From contig CBDBEE010000002.1 in NCBI GenBank assembly GCA_965204085.1, positions 840,913 through 904,912 on the forward strand: 64,000 nt of DNA, given 5' to 3'. Shown piece by piece: positions 10,093 to 19,636 of this stretch; position 1 is the stretch's first letter; the number at the start of each line of letters is the position of its first letter. Source of the DNA: Candidatus Poribacteria bacterium. Lineage in GTDB: Bacteria > Poribacteria > WGA-4E > JAJDTR01. The position numbers and the translations under genes were made by a program. The notes under the pieces are model-generated. The model searched no databases. It was not told the origin of the DNA and saw only the letters and a program-made list of their open reading frames with translations.

Positions 10093-11490
10093 ATGCTTCA
10101 TGTAACCATCATCGGTGGCGGGATTTCGGGGTTGGCGACCGCATTCTATCTTCAAGAAAAGTCTCGGGAGCACAACAGAGAGGTCCGCTATACTCTGGTC
10201 GAAAGTGCTCCACATCTCGGCGGAAAGATTGCCACAGAAAGAGTGGGAGATTTCGTGATAGAAGGCGGGCCGGATTTGATGTTGACCCAAAAGCCGTGGG
10301 GCGTGCAACTGTGCCAGGATCTCGGTTTGGACGACCGACTCATTTCTACAAACGATGACCAACGACATACCTTCCTGCTCCAGAAAGGCAAACTCGTACC
10401 GTTTCCCAACGACTTTACACTTCTTCCCACACGACTGACTTCATTTGTCCGTTCGCCCATGTTTTCCCTCTGGGGAAAACTGCGAATAGGGATGGACTTG
10501 ATTATCCCGCGGCGTAAGGAACTAGGAGACGAAAGCCTCGCTGATTTCATCCGTCGTCGGTTCGGACAAGAGACGGTCGATAAAATCGGGGGACCGCTGC
10601 TCGCGGCAATTCACCAAGCGGATCCCGAACGGCTGAGCCTTTTATCAACGTTCCCCCGTTTTGCCACTATGGAACGGGAACACGGGAGCCTAATTCGTGC
10701 AATGCGGGTGCAAAAAAGAAAGCAGCCACCGTCGCAAGGCAAACCACCAGCGATGTTCAAGAGCCTAAAATTTGGATTAGGTGAGATGGTGGAGGCCTTG
10801 GCAAAACGTCTAAACGGAGATTTGCGAACGGGGAGCCCTGTGACCCGTGTACGACCTTGCGACGAAGGATTTGAAGTGACCGTGCGCGATGAGATTTTTC
10901 CCACCCATGTGTTAGTGTTGGCGGTACCAGCCTATGTAGCATCCGAGTTGGTAAACCCTTTTGCGTCCGAGCTTGCGAAAATCCTTGGAACAATTCGCTA
11001 CGTGTCTTCAGGCACCGTGTCGTTGGGATATAAAAAGGCTGAAGTTGAAAACCAACACGAGCTAAACGGTTTCGGATTCCTAGTGCCCAAGTCGGAAGGG
11101 AGATTTATTTCAGGATGTACGTGGTCATCTTCTAAGCTACAGTACCGTGCGCCAGATGATTGTGTGTTGATTCGGGCTTTTGTCGGTGGTTCCGATCGAG
11201 AGGACATAGTTTCCTTAGATGATAACGATTTAGTGCAGGTAGTCCGCCGCGAAATCGGAGACATTATGGGATTTACAGCCGATCCTATTGTTCAGCGAAT
11301 TCATCGCTGGCGTCAAGGTCGTCCGCAGTATGATGTTGGGCATCTGGATCGCGTCGCCAAGATGGAGGCACTTGCCGACACAATCCCGGGTCTGTTTCTT
11401 ACGGGTAGTGCCTACCGCGGTTCGGGAATTTCGGATTGCGTAAAGGAGGCACTTAATACAGTGGACAGCATTCTAGGACTGAAAGTGTGA
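10093..11490 (+). CDS. protoporphyrinogen/coproporphyrinogen oxidase family FAD oxidoreductase (HemY-like)
   Basis: Rossmann motif IIGGGISGLATA, about 465 aa, and HemY-like overall conservation. Confidence 0.7.
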   Translation: MLHVTIIGGGISGLATAFYLQEKSREHNREVRYTLVESAPHLGGKIATERVGDFVIEGGPDLMLTQKPWGVQLCQDLGLDDRLISTNDDQRHTFLLQKGKLVPFPNDFTLLPTRLTSFVRSPMFSLWGKLRIGMDLIIPRRKELGDESLADFIRRRFGQETVDKIGGPLLAAIHQADPERLSLLSTFPRFATMEREHGSLIRAMRVQKRKQPPSQGKPPAMFKSLKFGLGEMVEALAKRLNGDLRTGSPVTRVRPCDEGFEVTVRDEIFPTHVLVLAVPAYVASELVNPFASELAKILGTIRYVSSGTVSLGYKKAEVENQHELNGFGFLVPKSEGRFISGCTWSSSKLQYRAPDDCVLIRAFVGGSDREDIVSLDDNDLVQVVRREIGDIMGFTADPIVQRIHRWRQGRPQYDVGHLDRVAKMEALADTIPGLFLTGSAYRGSGISDCVKEALNTVDSILGLKV

Positions 11491-11518
11491 AGATAACGAC
11501 AAGGGAAGGATTCAACTA

Positions 11519-12328
11519 ATGGATTTCGTCAAACTAACAGATAAACAACGTCATGACTTTGAGACGGATGGATTCTTGGTTGTTCCACAAGCAATTGATT
11601 TGAAAACTGTCAAACACTTGATTGAAACCTCTGACCGATTGATGAAAACAACCACGGATGACCCACATCCGGATAACGTCTATGCTTATCGGCGTGAAGG
11701 CGTTGTCCGAGACTCTACTTTCGATCCGCTGATTTCCAATTCACGCGTCGTTCCCCTTATTGTACAGCTTCTGAGTAGCAACATACATCTTCATACAGCG
11801 ACGATCATCTACAAAAAACCTCACAAAACAATCCCTGCACGGGCGTGGCACCGTGACATCGGTATCTCAAACGACCTTGGCCACGCCGGTTTGCCTCGGG
11901 TTGGGATAAAGGCATGCTACTGTCTAACGGATTTTCTCGAACTAAACTCAGGCATGACATTGATGGCACGGGGCAGTCATCATCATAATGAATCCCCGAC
12001 TCTTCCCGACGGAGAGGTTGATCCGCCGAATGTGTTTGAGCCGCGTCTTCGCGCGGGTGATGCCATTTTATTTGAGAATCGAGTATTCCACACTGCGGCG
12101 CCCAATTTGAGCAGCCGAATATCTAAAGTAGTTATTTACGGCTATGCCTACCGATGGATGAAGCCGGATGTCTATCTTGATGTGCCAGATCGGGAAGCCT
12201 TAAGCCGGGCATCCGACGAGATAGAGCGACAGTTGTTGGGGGCGTACCGCAAAGTTGATGCGCCACCGCATGCACTTAGCAGTTGGGTGGAGCAACACGG
12301 AATCAAGCGAACACCTACCCTCGGGTAA
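11519..12328 (+). CDS. phytanoyl-CoA dioxygenase (PhyH) family protein
   Basis: WHRD motif, 269 aa, 2OG-Fe(II) oxygenase fold. Confidence 0.8.
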   Translation: MDFVKLTDKQRHDFETDGFLVVPQAIDLKTVKHLIETSDRLMKTTTDDPHPDNVYAYRREGVVRDSTFDPLISNSRVVPLIVQLLSSNIHLHTATIIYKKPHKTIPARAWHRDIGISNDLGHAGLPRVGIKACYCLTDFLELNSGMTLMARGSHHHNESPTLPDGEVDPPNVFEPRLRAGDAILFENRVFHTAAPNLSSRISKVVIYGYAYRWMKPDVYLDVPDREALSRASDEIERQLLGAYRKVDAPPHALSSWVEQHGIKRTPTLG

Positions 12329-12644
12329 ATCGGGATTAAACAATATGAACAGAACTCGACCAGCATCAGAACCCCTGTGTTGGCAAGATATCCGCTAAGA
12401 GAGCGTGCCGCCAACGGTAGAAAGAGATTCTCTTTTCAGCGGCGTAAGAGGAGCCTCTGAAGGAGCGGAAGAGCCCTTTCGGGTGTTTGATTGAAGTAGG
12501 CTCAGACAATGCTGATAAGGCGGGTTCGGAGACTACTTTCGCAGAACACGGGAACTGTCCACCATCCAACTGCTTCAATCCCTTTTGAAGGGTTGAAACT
12601 CGATTAAAAATTCACTCCCAATACTAATTAGCGTAATGTACAGG

Positions 12645-14012
12645 TCACGCGGCGTTTTTCACAACCCTATCTATCTGAACGACAGTTCTAAGAGTCGATT
12701 CCAGCTGTTCCAAGTTCACCATATTCGGACCGTCGCACAATGCATCGTCGGGACGATTGTGTACCTCCATAAATAGTGCGTCAATGCCCACCGCCGCCGC
12801 GGCTCTTGCGAGATGTCCCACAAATGCCCTCCGTCCTCCGGAATTTTTTCCTAAGCTACCGGGTTGCTGAACGCTGTGGGTGGCGTCGAAAACCACAGGA
12901 TAGCCTGTCTCCTTCAAAACCGGGAGAGCTGTCATGTCAACCGCCAGATTATTATAGCCGAATGAACTTCCCCGCTCGGTCAACAGGATTTGCTCGTTTC
13001 CTGTAGATGCTATCTTCTCGATTGCGTTCGTCATGTCCCACGGCGCCATGAATTGTCCCTTCTTCACCTTGACCGGTTTACCGGTTTTTCCGACCGAAAC
13101 AAGCAAGTCAGTTTGCCGACATAGAAAAGCAGGAATCTGGAGAACGTCGAGAATTGATGCCGCGGGCTCAACTTCGTTGACACAGTGGACATCCGACAAT
13201 ACCGGCACGCCGACTTCTCTTTGAACTTCTTCAAGAGTCCGAAGTCCCTGCTCGAGTCCAGGGCCACGGTAGGAGTCGATTGAAGAGCGGTTCGCTTTGT
13301 CATAGGAAGACTTGAATATGAAACGCACGCCGATTGTATCAGAAATCTTCTTGATGGCTTCTGCCATTTGAAGTGCGTGGTCATGACTTTCGATGACACA
13401 AGGTCCAGCAAACAGTACCAGCGGGAGTACGCCTCCTATCTTAATATCTTGGACCTGAACGATTTTTCCCGTCACCCTTGTTCCTTCGGATGGTACTTCG
13501 TTTTCCGATATAATCAAATCACAGATTTCTCTAACTGCCCCAGCACCACCGGGTTTGGCTGTCACATAATCAGCAACACATTTCACTTGGTCATGGGCAT
13601 CAGCGACAGCGACACGCAGACCAACTGATGAGAGAACGCCGAGATCCCCAACATCATCGCCAATATATAATGTCTCTTCTGCCGATATTGCGCAAGCTCC
13701 AAGAATCTCTTTCAGTACCTTGGGTTTGTCACTTACGCCCATGTATACATCGTCTATAGCCAATTCTCGGGCTCGCCTTCGGAGCGATTCACTGCTTCTT
13801 CCCGATATAATGGCAGTTCTAATTCCGTGCCGCTTAATCTGTTTAAGCCCTTCTCCATCCCGGACATTGAACGCTTTTATCTCCTCTCCTCTGTCAGAGT
13901 AGTAGAGTTGTCCATTTGTCAATACACCGTCAACGTCAGTCACTAAGAGTCGGACTTGCGGGAGTTTCCGTATGAAGTTCATCATAATGCCGTCCGCCTT
14001 TTTGCATGACAT
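12645..14012 (-). CDS. bifunctional fusion: KDO-8-phosphate phosphatase (KdsC, N-terminal) plus 2-dehydro-3-deoxyphosphooctonate aldolase (KdsA, C-terminal)
   Basis: The N-terminal ~170 aa carry the HAD motifs [10 protein letters not shown] and GDDVGD, as in KdsC. The C-terminal ~280 aa match KdsA closely ([37 protein letters not shown]). Confidence 0.85.
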   Translation of the reverse strand: MSCKKADGIMMNFIRKLPQVRLLVTDVDGVLTNGQLYYSDRGEEIKAFNVRDGEGLKQIKRHGIRTAIISGRSSESLRRRARELAIDDVYMGVSDKPKVLKEILGACAISAEETLYIGDDVGDLGVLSSVGLRVAVADAHDQVKCVADYVTAKPGGAGAVREICDLIISENEVPSEGTRVTGKIVQVQDIKIGGVLPLVLFAGPCVIESHDHALQMAEAIKKISDTIGVRFIFKSSYDKANRSSIDSYRGPGLEQGLRTLEEVQREVGVPVLSDVHCVNEVEPAASILDVLQIPAFLCRQTDLLVSVGKTGKPVKVKKGQFMAPWDMTNAIEKIASTGNEQILLTERGSSFGYNNLAVDMTALPVLKETGYPVVFDATHSVQQPGSLGKNSGGRRAFVGHLARAAAAVGIDALFMEVHNRPDDALCDGPNMVNLEQLESTLRTVVQIDRVVKNAA

Positions 14013-14065
14013 TATAGCGGTACTATTGAATCAAAGTCAAACTCAAAAGATAATAGCGATTACCG

Positions 14066-14094
14066 TTGACATCAGTTTAAGGGTCATCTATAAT
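14066..14094 (+). promoter_or_regulatory. perfect consensus sigma70 promoter, TTGACA-17-TATAAT
   Basis: Seen in the sequence about 290 nt upstream of the RRM protein gene. Confidence 0.6.
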
Positions 14095-14383
14095 TATGTT
14101 TACGGGGAAGCGCGAACACCAGCGCTTGATACAAATGCGTGCACCGGATATGTGACTAGTTGCTCCAATTTTAATGACTCGATTGATTTCATTCGATCCC
14201 AAGGCTGCATTCTAAAGTCGAGCGCCGTATCTGGTTCAGCACATGGTGATTTCTGATCGTGGGGGACGTACCATGACTTTGGACGGTTAAATGTTGTCAA
14301 GCATTTGATAATCGCGCGGAAATATGAACCAAGCCAATTTTTCCGATCTTTTCACACAATGGTAACGACATGAGGAGACTTCC

Positions 14384-14683
14384 ATGAATATCTACGTCGG
14401 CAATTTATCATTTGATGCGACGGACGAGGACTTGCGTGAAGTTTTTGAACAACACGGTCGGGTCGAATCCGCAAAAATTATCATGGATAGTTACAGTGGT
14501 AGGTCCAGGGGTTTTGGATTTGTCGAAATGCCCGACGAATCCGAAGGTCGAGCGGCAATTTCTGGGCTAGATGGGCAAGAATTTATGGGACGGGCATTGA
14601 GAGTGGATGAGGCTCGCCCCCGTCGACAGGGTGGAGGTGGACGAGGTGGCGGCTTCGATAGACGCGATGATGATTCTTGGTAG
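14384..14683 (+). CDS. RRM-type RNA-binding protein with Gly/Arg-rich tail
   Basis: RNP-2 (IYVGNL) and RNP-1 (RGFGFVEM) motifs are present, with a GGGGRGGG tail. A GAGGAG ribosome-binding site precedes the start. Confidence 0.9.
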   Translation: MNIYVGNLSFDATDEDLREVFEQHGRVESAKIIMDSYSGRSRGFGFVEMPDESEGRAAISGLDGQEFMGRALRVDEARPRRQGGGGRGGGFDRRDDDSW

Positions 14684-15010
14684 ACGCTGTTCGGGCGTGT
14701 AGATAGCCAACTTAGCGCCGATGTAAACTCAATTGGCGTTCTTTCTTGATGGTTAACATCGTAAGATTCGCGCGCAGCCCGAGAACTTGAAGGAGACTTG
14801 ATCCACAGAAAGTAGAATCTAATTTAAAAAAGTATCGTGTCGAAGTTTCTCTTGAAGGCAATGGATTTGTGCGGCAAATCGGAAAAACTGAGAGAAGCCT
14901 CTTTGCTTGGATTGCCAAATCCGTACAGATTGTGGAAAACTCGCACATGCCTAAGATGCGCTAATCGAGACGGAAACTAGCCGGCTGACCAAGGAGGGTA
15001 ACGCGTATCT

Positions 15011-15104
15011 ATACCGTGCGCTGTCAGAAATTGCGCTTTTCAAGATTTAAGGCTTGCTTCGCCGATTTTAGAGGCAGCACCAAGCGAACGAATATTGAAT
15101 GGGG
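15011..15104 (+). repeat. conserved 94-nt noncoding element, copy 1
   Basis: About 90% identical to 29586-29679. Both copies are in noncoding contexts. Confidence 0.6.
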
Positions 15105-15274
15105 AAACGTGCGTAGTTTCCACCTGTCGCCCCTCTGGGGCTTTGCTGTAGGTCGAATCAATGTTTCTATACACCTTCCGCCCCTCTGGGGCTACCAAGA
15201 TTTAAATGGGTCGCGACCTGGAGATCGCTCCTACAAAATAAGCACTTCTCAGCAGCGTGGAGTATAAACCTATA

Positions 15275-15688
15275 TTACTTTGCCAAGTTAGCGCAAACTA
15301 GCTCTCTATCATTCCGTACGAAAACATGCTTGGCTGCAAACGCCGGGTGTGTCCAACATACACCCCCACGTTGGTTCAGTTGGTCACGAGTAGGCTCAAT
15401 TAGTTTTGCCCGACTGATGATGTTCAACCCGTCCGGCGACAGACTCGTGATAAGTAACTCTCCACGTTCGTTGAACATCCAAACTTTATCCGAGTTTTTT
15501 ACGAAGTGAATCGTGCTCCAACGCGCCTTCGGAACTGCTGACAAATCCTCCCAGATACGCTCGCCGGTGTGAGAATCCAAACAACGCAATTCGCCATAAC
15601 TGTCTACCCCGTAGATGTAATCATCCAAGATAATTGGGGTTGAAATGATAGGTTGGGGGCTTATATACTTTAGTACCATAATCCCCAT
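15275..15688 (-). pseudogene. PQQ-like beta-propeller repeat protein, C-terminal fragment of a gene split by IS insertion
   Basis: It is continuous in frame with the 18607-19560 ORF once the 15656-18642 element and one copy of the target-site duplication are removed. That junction reads ...DGIQP|IISTPIILDD... Confidence 0.8.
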
Positions 15689-15931
15689 TGTTGCAGGATT
15701 TCAGGCAATTGAAAATTACTGCTTGCCCTTATCCCGCTTTTTTCGCTTAATCCCGAATAACGCACGGGCTACGTTCTCCGGCGTATCCGGGATGGATTCT
15801 GCGCTCCGTTTAGAACGCTCTGGAGGGGACTTCGTGTCCCGTTTTTTCTTCTTACTCATTATTCAGGATTGCTTTGCTTAGTCAGTATTCCTTCTCTATT
15901 GAACAGGGACAAAAAAAGTCAACAAAAAAAC

Positions 15932-16495
15932 TTACTCTGACGATCCACCTCTTGAGAACATTTGTTCCTTCCCATCCGACGTTGTTAATAGAATATGTCC
16001 CCCTTCGGTTTCAGAATGTATTCCCAGTATTGCCGCACCTCCCTTTTTTGATCGTGCCATGAAACTATATTTCCCATCTGAGGCAATAATACCTGACATG
16101 CTGTCTCCTTCCCCATTTGTCAGTGCTAATGACCCGCCAGTTTCACTATTAACTCCCAATGCAGCTACGCCCATTGACGCTTTTATAGCAGTTATTAGAT
16201 AAACTTCATTGGGTAAGTAAAATCCTACTGAACTATCGTTAGAATCAATTACATACATTCCGAAATCCGCATTACCTGGGTTCCCTTTTAAGAGTGGGAT
16301 ATGTTTCATCGCATCTCCCACTGAACCCAGAAGAATCATATTCCCACTGTTGTCATCAACTAGGATTCTTTTGCACTTTATAGTATCATACTCAACATTC
16401 CCTGGTATTTTTACGGCATTGATAGGAGTTAGAAACACGCCAACATAAGCCAGAATACCAAATACCACCGTGCACCTACGAACACTGCCTTTCAT
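15932..16495 (-). CDS. hypothetical secreted protein (passenger gene of the IS element)
   Basis: 187 aa with a signal peptide and Gly/Ser-rich repeated beta-like segments. No known motif. Confidence 0.5.
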   Translation of the reverse strand: MKGSVRRCTVVFGILAYVGVFLTPINAVKIPGNVEYDTIKCKRILVDDNSGNMILLGSVGDAMKHIPLLKGNPGNADFGMYVIDSNDSSVGFYLPNEVYLITAIKASMGVAALGVNSETGGSLALTNGEGDSMSGIIASDGKYSFMARSKKGGAAILGIHSETEGGHILLTTSDGKEQMFSRGGSSE

Positions 16496-16740
16496 TGTAA
16501 ATCCTCCTTGATAGGTTGAAGTGAGTTAAAACCACTGCTAAACCATTACGATCAAAATGATCTAACATCTTCAACCAAATGTCAAGGGGAATTTACAACT
16601 AGATCGATTTTTCTTGACTTATAGAGATTTCACGATATACTAATGAGGTAACGTTGTCACAAGGACAACGTTACCCTGCGGTTGTTACCAGCAACCGCTT
16701 CCTACTGTTCTCTCAATCAAATTGAGGAAAGGCTATAGTC

Positions 16741-17205
16741 ATGAAAAAGACAACAGCAGAAATTCTTTTAGAACGATCGAAATATATAATTTCAGCAGAC
16801 CTTCCAAGTTTGTCATACCAATCAAAATCAGTTACAATTGATTATGCGGCAAACGCCCTTAACCAATCTGCATGTTATTCTGGAAAACAATACCGGGAGG
16901 AGAACATTGACTTCGATCAATTGCATCACAACTCCAAGAAATTGTTTGCCCAAATTATATCCTCACAAATACAACTTGTACCATCACAAATACAACGATT
17001 ACACAATGAACTGACGCACATCAAAAACTCCCTAGATTTTTCCCAAAAGTTCAGACAACACCTTGATTATACCTTGAAAGTTCGCAAAACGTTACGCATA
17101 CATAAGCGTGATATTTTGATGTATCGGAATACGTTATCCCAAATTGCAAATGAGGCGTTACTGAAAGCCAAAGGCCTAAACCAGGCTGTTGTAAGGGGGA
17201 AGTAA
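16741..17205 (+). CDS. hypothetical protein (passenger gene of the IS element)
   Basis: 154 aa, probably alpha-helical. Its 5' region has a TTGACT-16-TATACT promoter and a perfect 12-bp hairpin at 16652-16680. Confidence 0.4.
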   Translation: MKKTTAEILLERSKYIISADLPSLSYQSKSVTIDYAANALNQSACYSGKQYREENIDFDQLHHNSKKLFAQIISSQIQLVPSQIQRLHNELTHIKNSLDFSQKFRQHLDYTLKVRKTLRIHKRDILMYRNTLSQIANEALLKAKGLNQAVVRGK

Positions 17206-17215
17206 ATTCAGTTCC

Positions 17216-18181
17216 TTAAACCGCCGGAGGATTATTCTCCGGCGGCTTTGCTGTTAGTTGTTCGTACTTCAACTGTTTCCCGACAGTGTTCTTGGCAACA
17301 TCAGCCATTTGTTTACCGGTATCCTCACGCCTAACGTTATGGCGCCCTTCAAACTCATTGACGTAACGGTGTAGGTGTTTCTTACTCATTTTGTGATACG
17401 TGCCGGTAAAGCCACGTTTCATCAATGACCAGAAACTTTCCATCCCATTGGTATGTGCTTGCTCCCGCACATATTCGCCAATGGAGTGTTTAACCGAGAG
17501 ATGCTTGCGTTGAAGCCCTTTATACGCCTTAGCTTCATCAGTATAAACCGTTGCATCTTCTCCCGTCTTATCTTCTACAAACCCCTGAAGTGTTTTACTG
17601 TCCGTGCTTTCTACCACTTCAGCAGTCACCTTTTTGGTTTCTCTGTTCTTCGCGCCGACAACGGCAACCTTCCCTACAGTACCACGACCGGCGTGTAACT
17701 TCTTACTCGCGTGCTTGTTCTTCTCTTTACCGCCAATATAGGTTTCGTCAACCTCAACTTCGCCGCCAAATGCGTTGTTAGTCGATTCCCACGCCTCCCG
17801 AATCCGGTGTGCCATGTACCAAGCGGATTTCTGGGTGATTCCCAAGTCACGGTGCAGTTTCATTGACGAAACCCCTTTGATTCCAGTGGTCATCAGGTAA
17901 ATGGCAATAGCCCATTTCTGATAGCCAATGTTGCTCCCGTGCATCACGGAGTTCGTTTTCACCGAAAACCGTTTCTTGCAGTCATTACACCTGTGAGGCA
18001 TTGTGGGGTGCTTAGTATGCTCTTTAACGTTCTCACTTTCGCAGTAAGCACAACGGATTCCGTCCTCCCACCTACACGTCTCAAACCACTGTTCCGCCGT
18101 CACGTCATCAGGGAACATTTGAAAAAGTTCCACCAATGTAATACCCTTCCTGTAATGCTGTCCTGGGGCATTCTTAGCCAT
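17216..18181 (-). CDS. IS1595-family transposase (N-terminal zinc ribbon plus DDE domain)
   Basis: Zinc-ribbon motif CAYCES...CNDCKKRF, followed by the ISXO2-like DDE transposase region (YKGL...HSIGEYV...TNGMESFWS). Confidence 0.85.
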   Translation of the reverse strand: MAKNAPGQHYRKGITLVELFQMFPDDVTAEQWFETCRWEDGIRCAYCESENVKEHTKHPTMPHRCNDCKKRFSVKTNSVMHGSNIGYQKWAIAIYLMTTGIKGVSSMKLHRDLGITQKSAWYMAHRIREAWESTNNAFGGEVEVDETYIGGKEKNKHASKKLHAGRGTVGKVAVVGAKNRETKKVTAEVVESTDSKTLQGFVEDKTGEDATVYTDEAKAYKGLQRKHLSVKHSIGEYVREQAHTNGMESFWSLMKRGFTGTYHKMSKKHLHRYVNEFEGRHNVRREDTGKQMADVAKNTVGKQLKYEQLTAKPPENNPPAV

Positions 18182-18606
18182 TTTTCTTTCTCCTTTCTAT
18201 GACATATATTATACTATTTTCGCCCAAAAGTCAACGAAAATCCAGTCATAGCAAGGGTTCAAGGGGTTTCGACGAATTTCGTAATTACCAGAATTAGTAT
18301 TGGCGAAATTAAAAAAGTTCGATATAATTTGAGCGGGGAGCAGTCCACTTACTCCCCGAAAGGAGGTATTCAACTATGAATACCTCAAAAAGTCGGTATC
18401 CCCAAACGGATACCATCCTTGAGCGAAAACGCCTTTCGCGTACCAAGTCTGTTTTAACATGGTACAACGCCCAAACGGGCGAAAAGGTGTTTTGGATGAC
18501 GGTTGAAATAACCGGATTCTTCGCTTAAACCAGTGCGGGCGTTCACCCCAAAATGGACGCCCCACTTCCCACTTTTCTCAAATTACACCGAAATCCAAAA
18601 AAACTG

Positions 18607-19560
18607 CTAAATTAAGAAAATGGTATTAAGGTATATAAGCCCCATAGGTTGAATGCCATCAGTATTCTTTTCATCGGCGCCTCGCCGCCACCATATCTCT
18701 TCAACGGCTAAACGCTCAGAGGCGACTTTGAGCATTAACGAACCCTCAAAAAAACCAGCCATGAACAGCCGGTCTTTGTAAAGCACCGGAGTCGCGACGG
18801 CGAGGATTACTCCTTTCGGCGGGAACGCGTGTACCCAGTACAACTCACCACTTTGCGGGTTTAGACCAACCACGTTATCCCCAGTCCAGCACACCAGTAC
18901 GCGTTTACCGGCTTGGTCAATCATAATGGGTGCAGCATATGAGGCGCGATCATCCAACGCTTTCCACCTTTCTTCTCCGGTGCTCCGATCAAACGCAACA
19001 ATGCAAGCGCCGGGCGACCCACCGACCTGAACTATCAGAAGGTCATTTTCTACGAGGGGAGCACTGGCAATGCCCCAGACGGGCATCTGTATGTTGTATT
19101 CGGCGTTGAGCTCCCTTTTCCAGCGCAGATCGCCGTTGGCGGCATTTAAGCAGTGTAGATGCCCCATCGTTCCGAGCGCATAGGCAAGTCCATCGTGTAC
19201 AGTAACGGAAGCTCGCGGTCCAGCCATATAACCGACATTCCTGTATTCACAATCGTAAGAAGTAGACCAAATCTTGTCGCCAGATTCCGCGTCGAAACAA
19301 TGAACCCGCTCAATCTGCTTGGGAGTTGTGACGCGATCAGTCACGAATACGCGACCGTCCACGACCGTTGGACCACTATAACCACTTGACACGGGGACAC
19401 GCCACCGAACGCTCACCTCGGGCGCATCGAATTTCTCAATGATACCGGTTTCGTTCCATACTCCGTCGCGGTTAACGCCTCGCCACTGAGGCCAATCGTC
19501 CGCAGATGTTGGCGGCGCAATGATTAAAATAACGAACAATCCGAACAGAACAATCTTCAT
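18607..19560 (-). pseudogene. PQQ-like beta-propeller repeat protein, N-terminal part with signal peptide, truncated by IS insertion
   Basis: Signal peptide and PQQ-type repeats. The reading frame runs into the IS right end. Confidence 0.8.
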
Positions 19561-19636
19561 AACAATCTCCTGTCAATAGGTACAAATGGAATCGATTCTC
19601 AACGGTTCTCTAAGTGCTAACTACGGTCTATTTTGT

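Larger units (their letters stand above)
15656..18642 (-). mobile_element. IS1595-family insertion sequence carrying passenger genes (about 2.99 kb)
   Basis: Perfect 13-bp terminal inverted repeats, GGGGCTTATATAC at 15656-15668 and GTATATAAGCCCC at 18630-18642. Flanking 8-bp direct repeat ATAGGTTG at 15648-15655 and 18643-18650. It contains an IS1595-type transposase gene, and the interior is AT-rich. Confidence 0.8.

Noticed and set aside
12329-12644. Possible tRNA or terminator in the 316-nt convergent gap between the PhyH gene and the KdsC-KdsA gene
   Set aside because: No cloverleaf-compatible T-arm (GTTCRANYC) or acceptor pairing was found. Only a weak 5-bp hairpin, cccttttgaaggg, is present, without a U tract.
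15016-15267. 83-aa ORF and its paralog at 29606-29896 as small protein genes
   Set aside because: Amino-acid similarity exists only across the 94-nt conserved nucleotide element and stops where nucleotide identity stops. The rest of each ORF crosses unrelated repeats. It is more likely noncoding.
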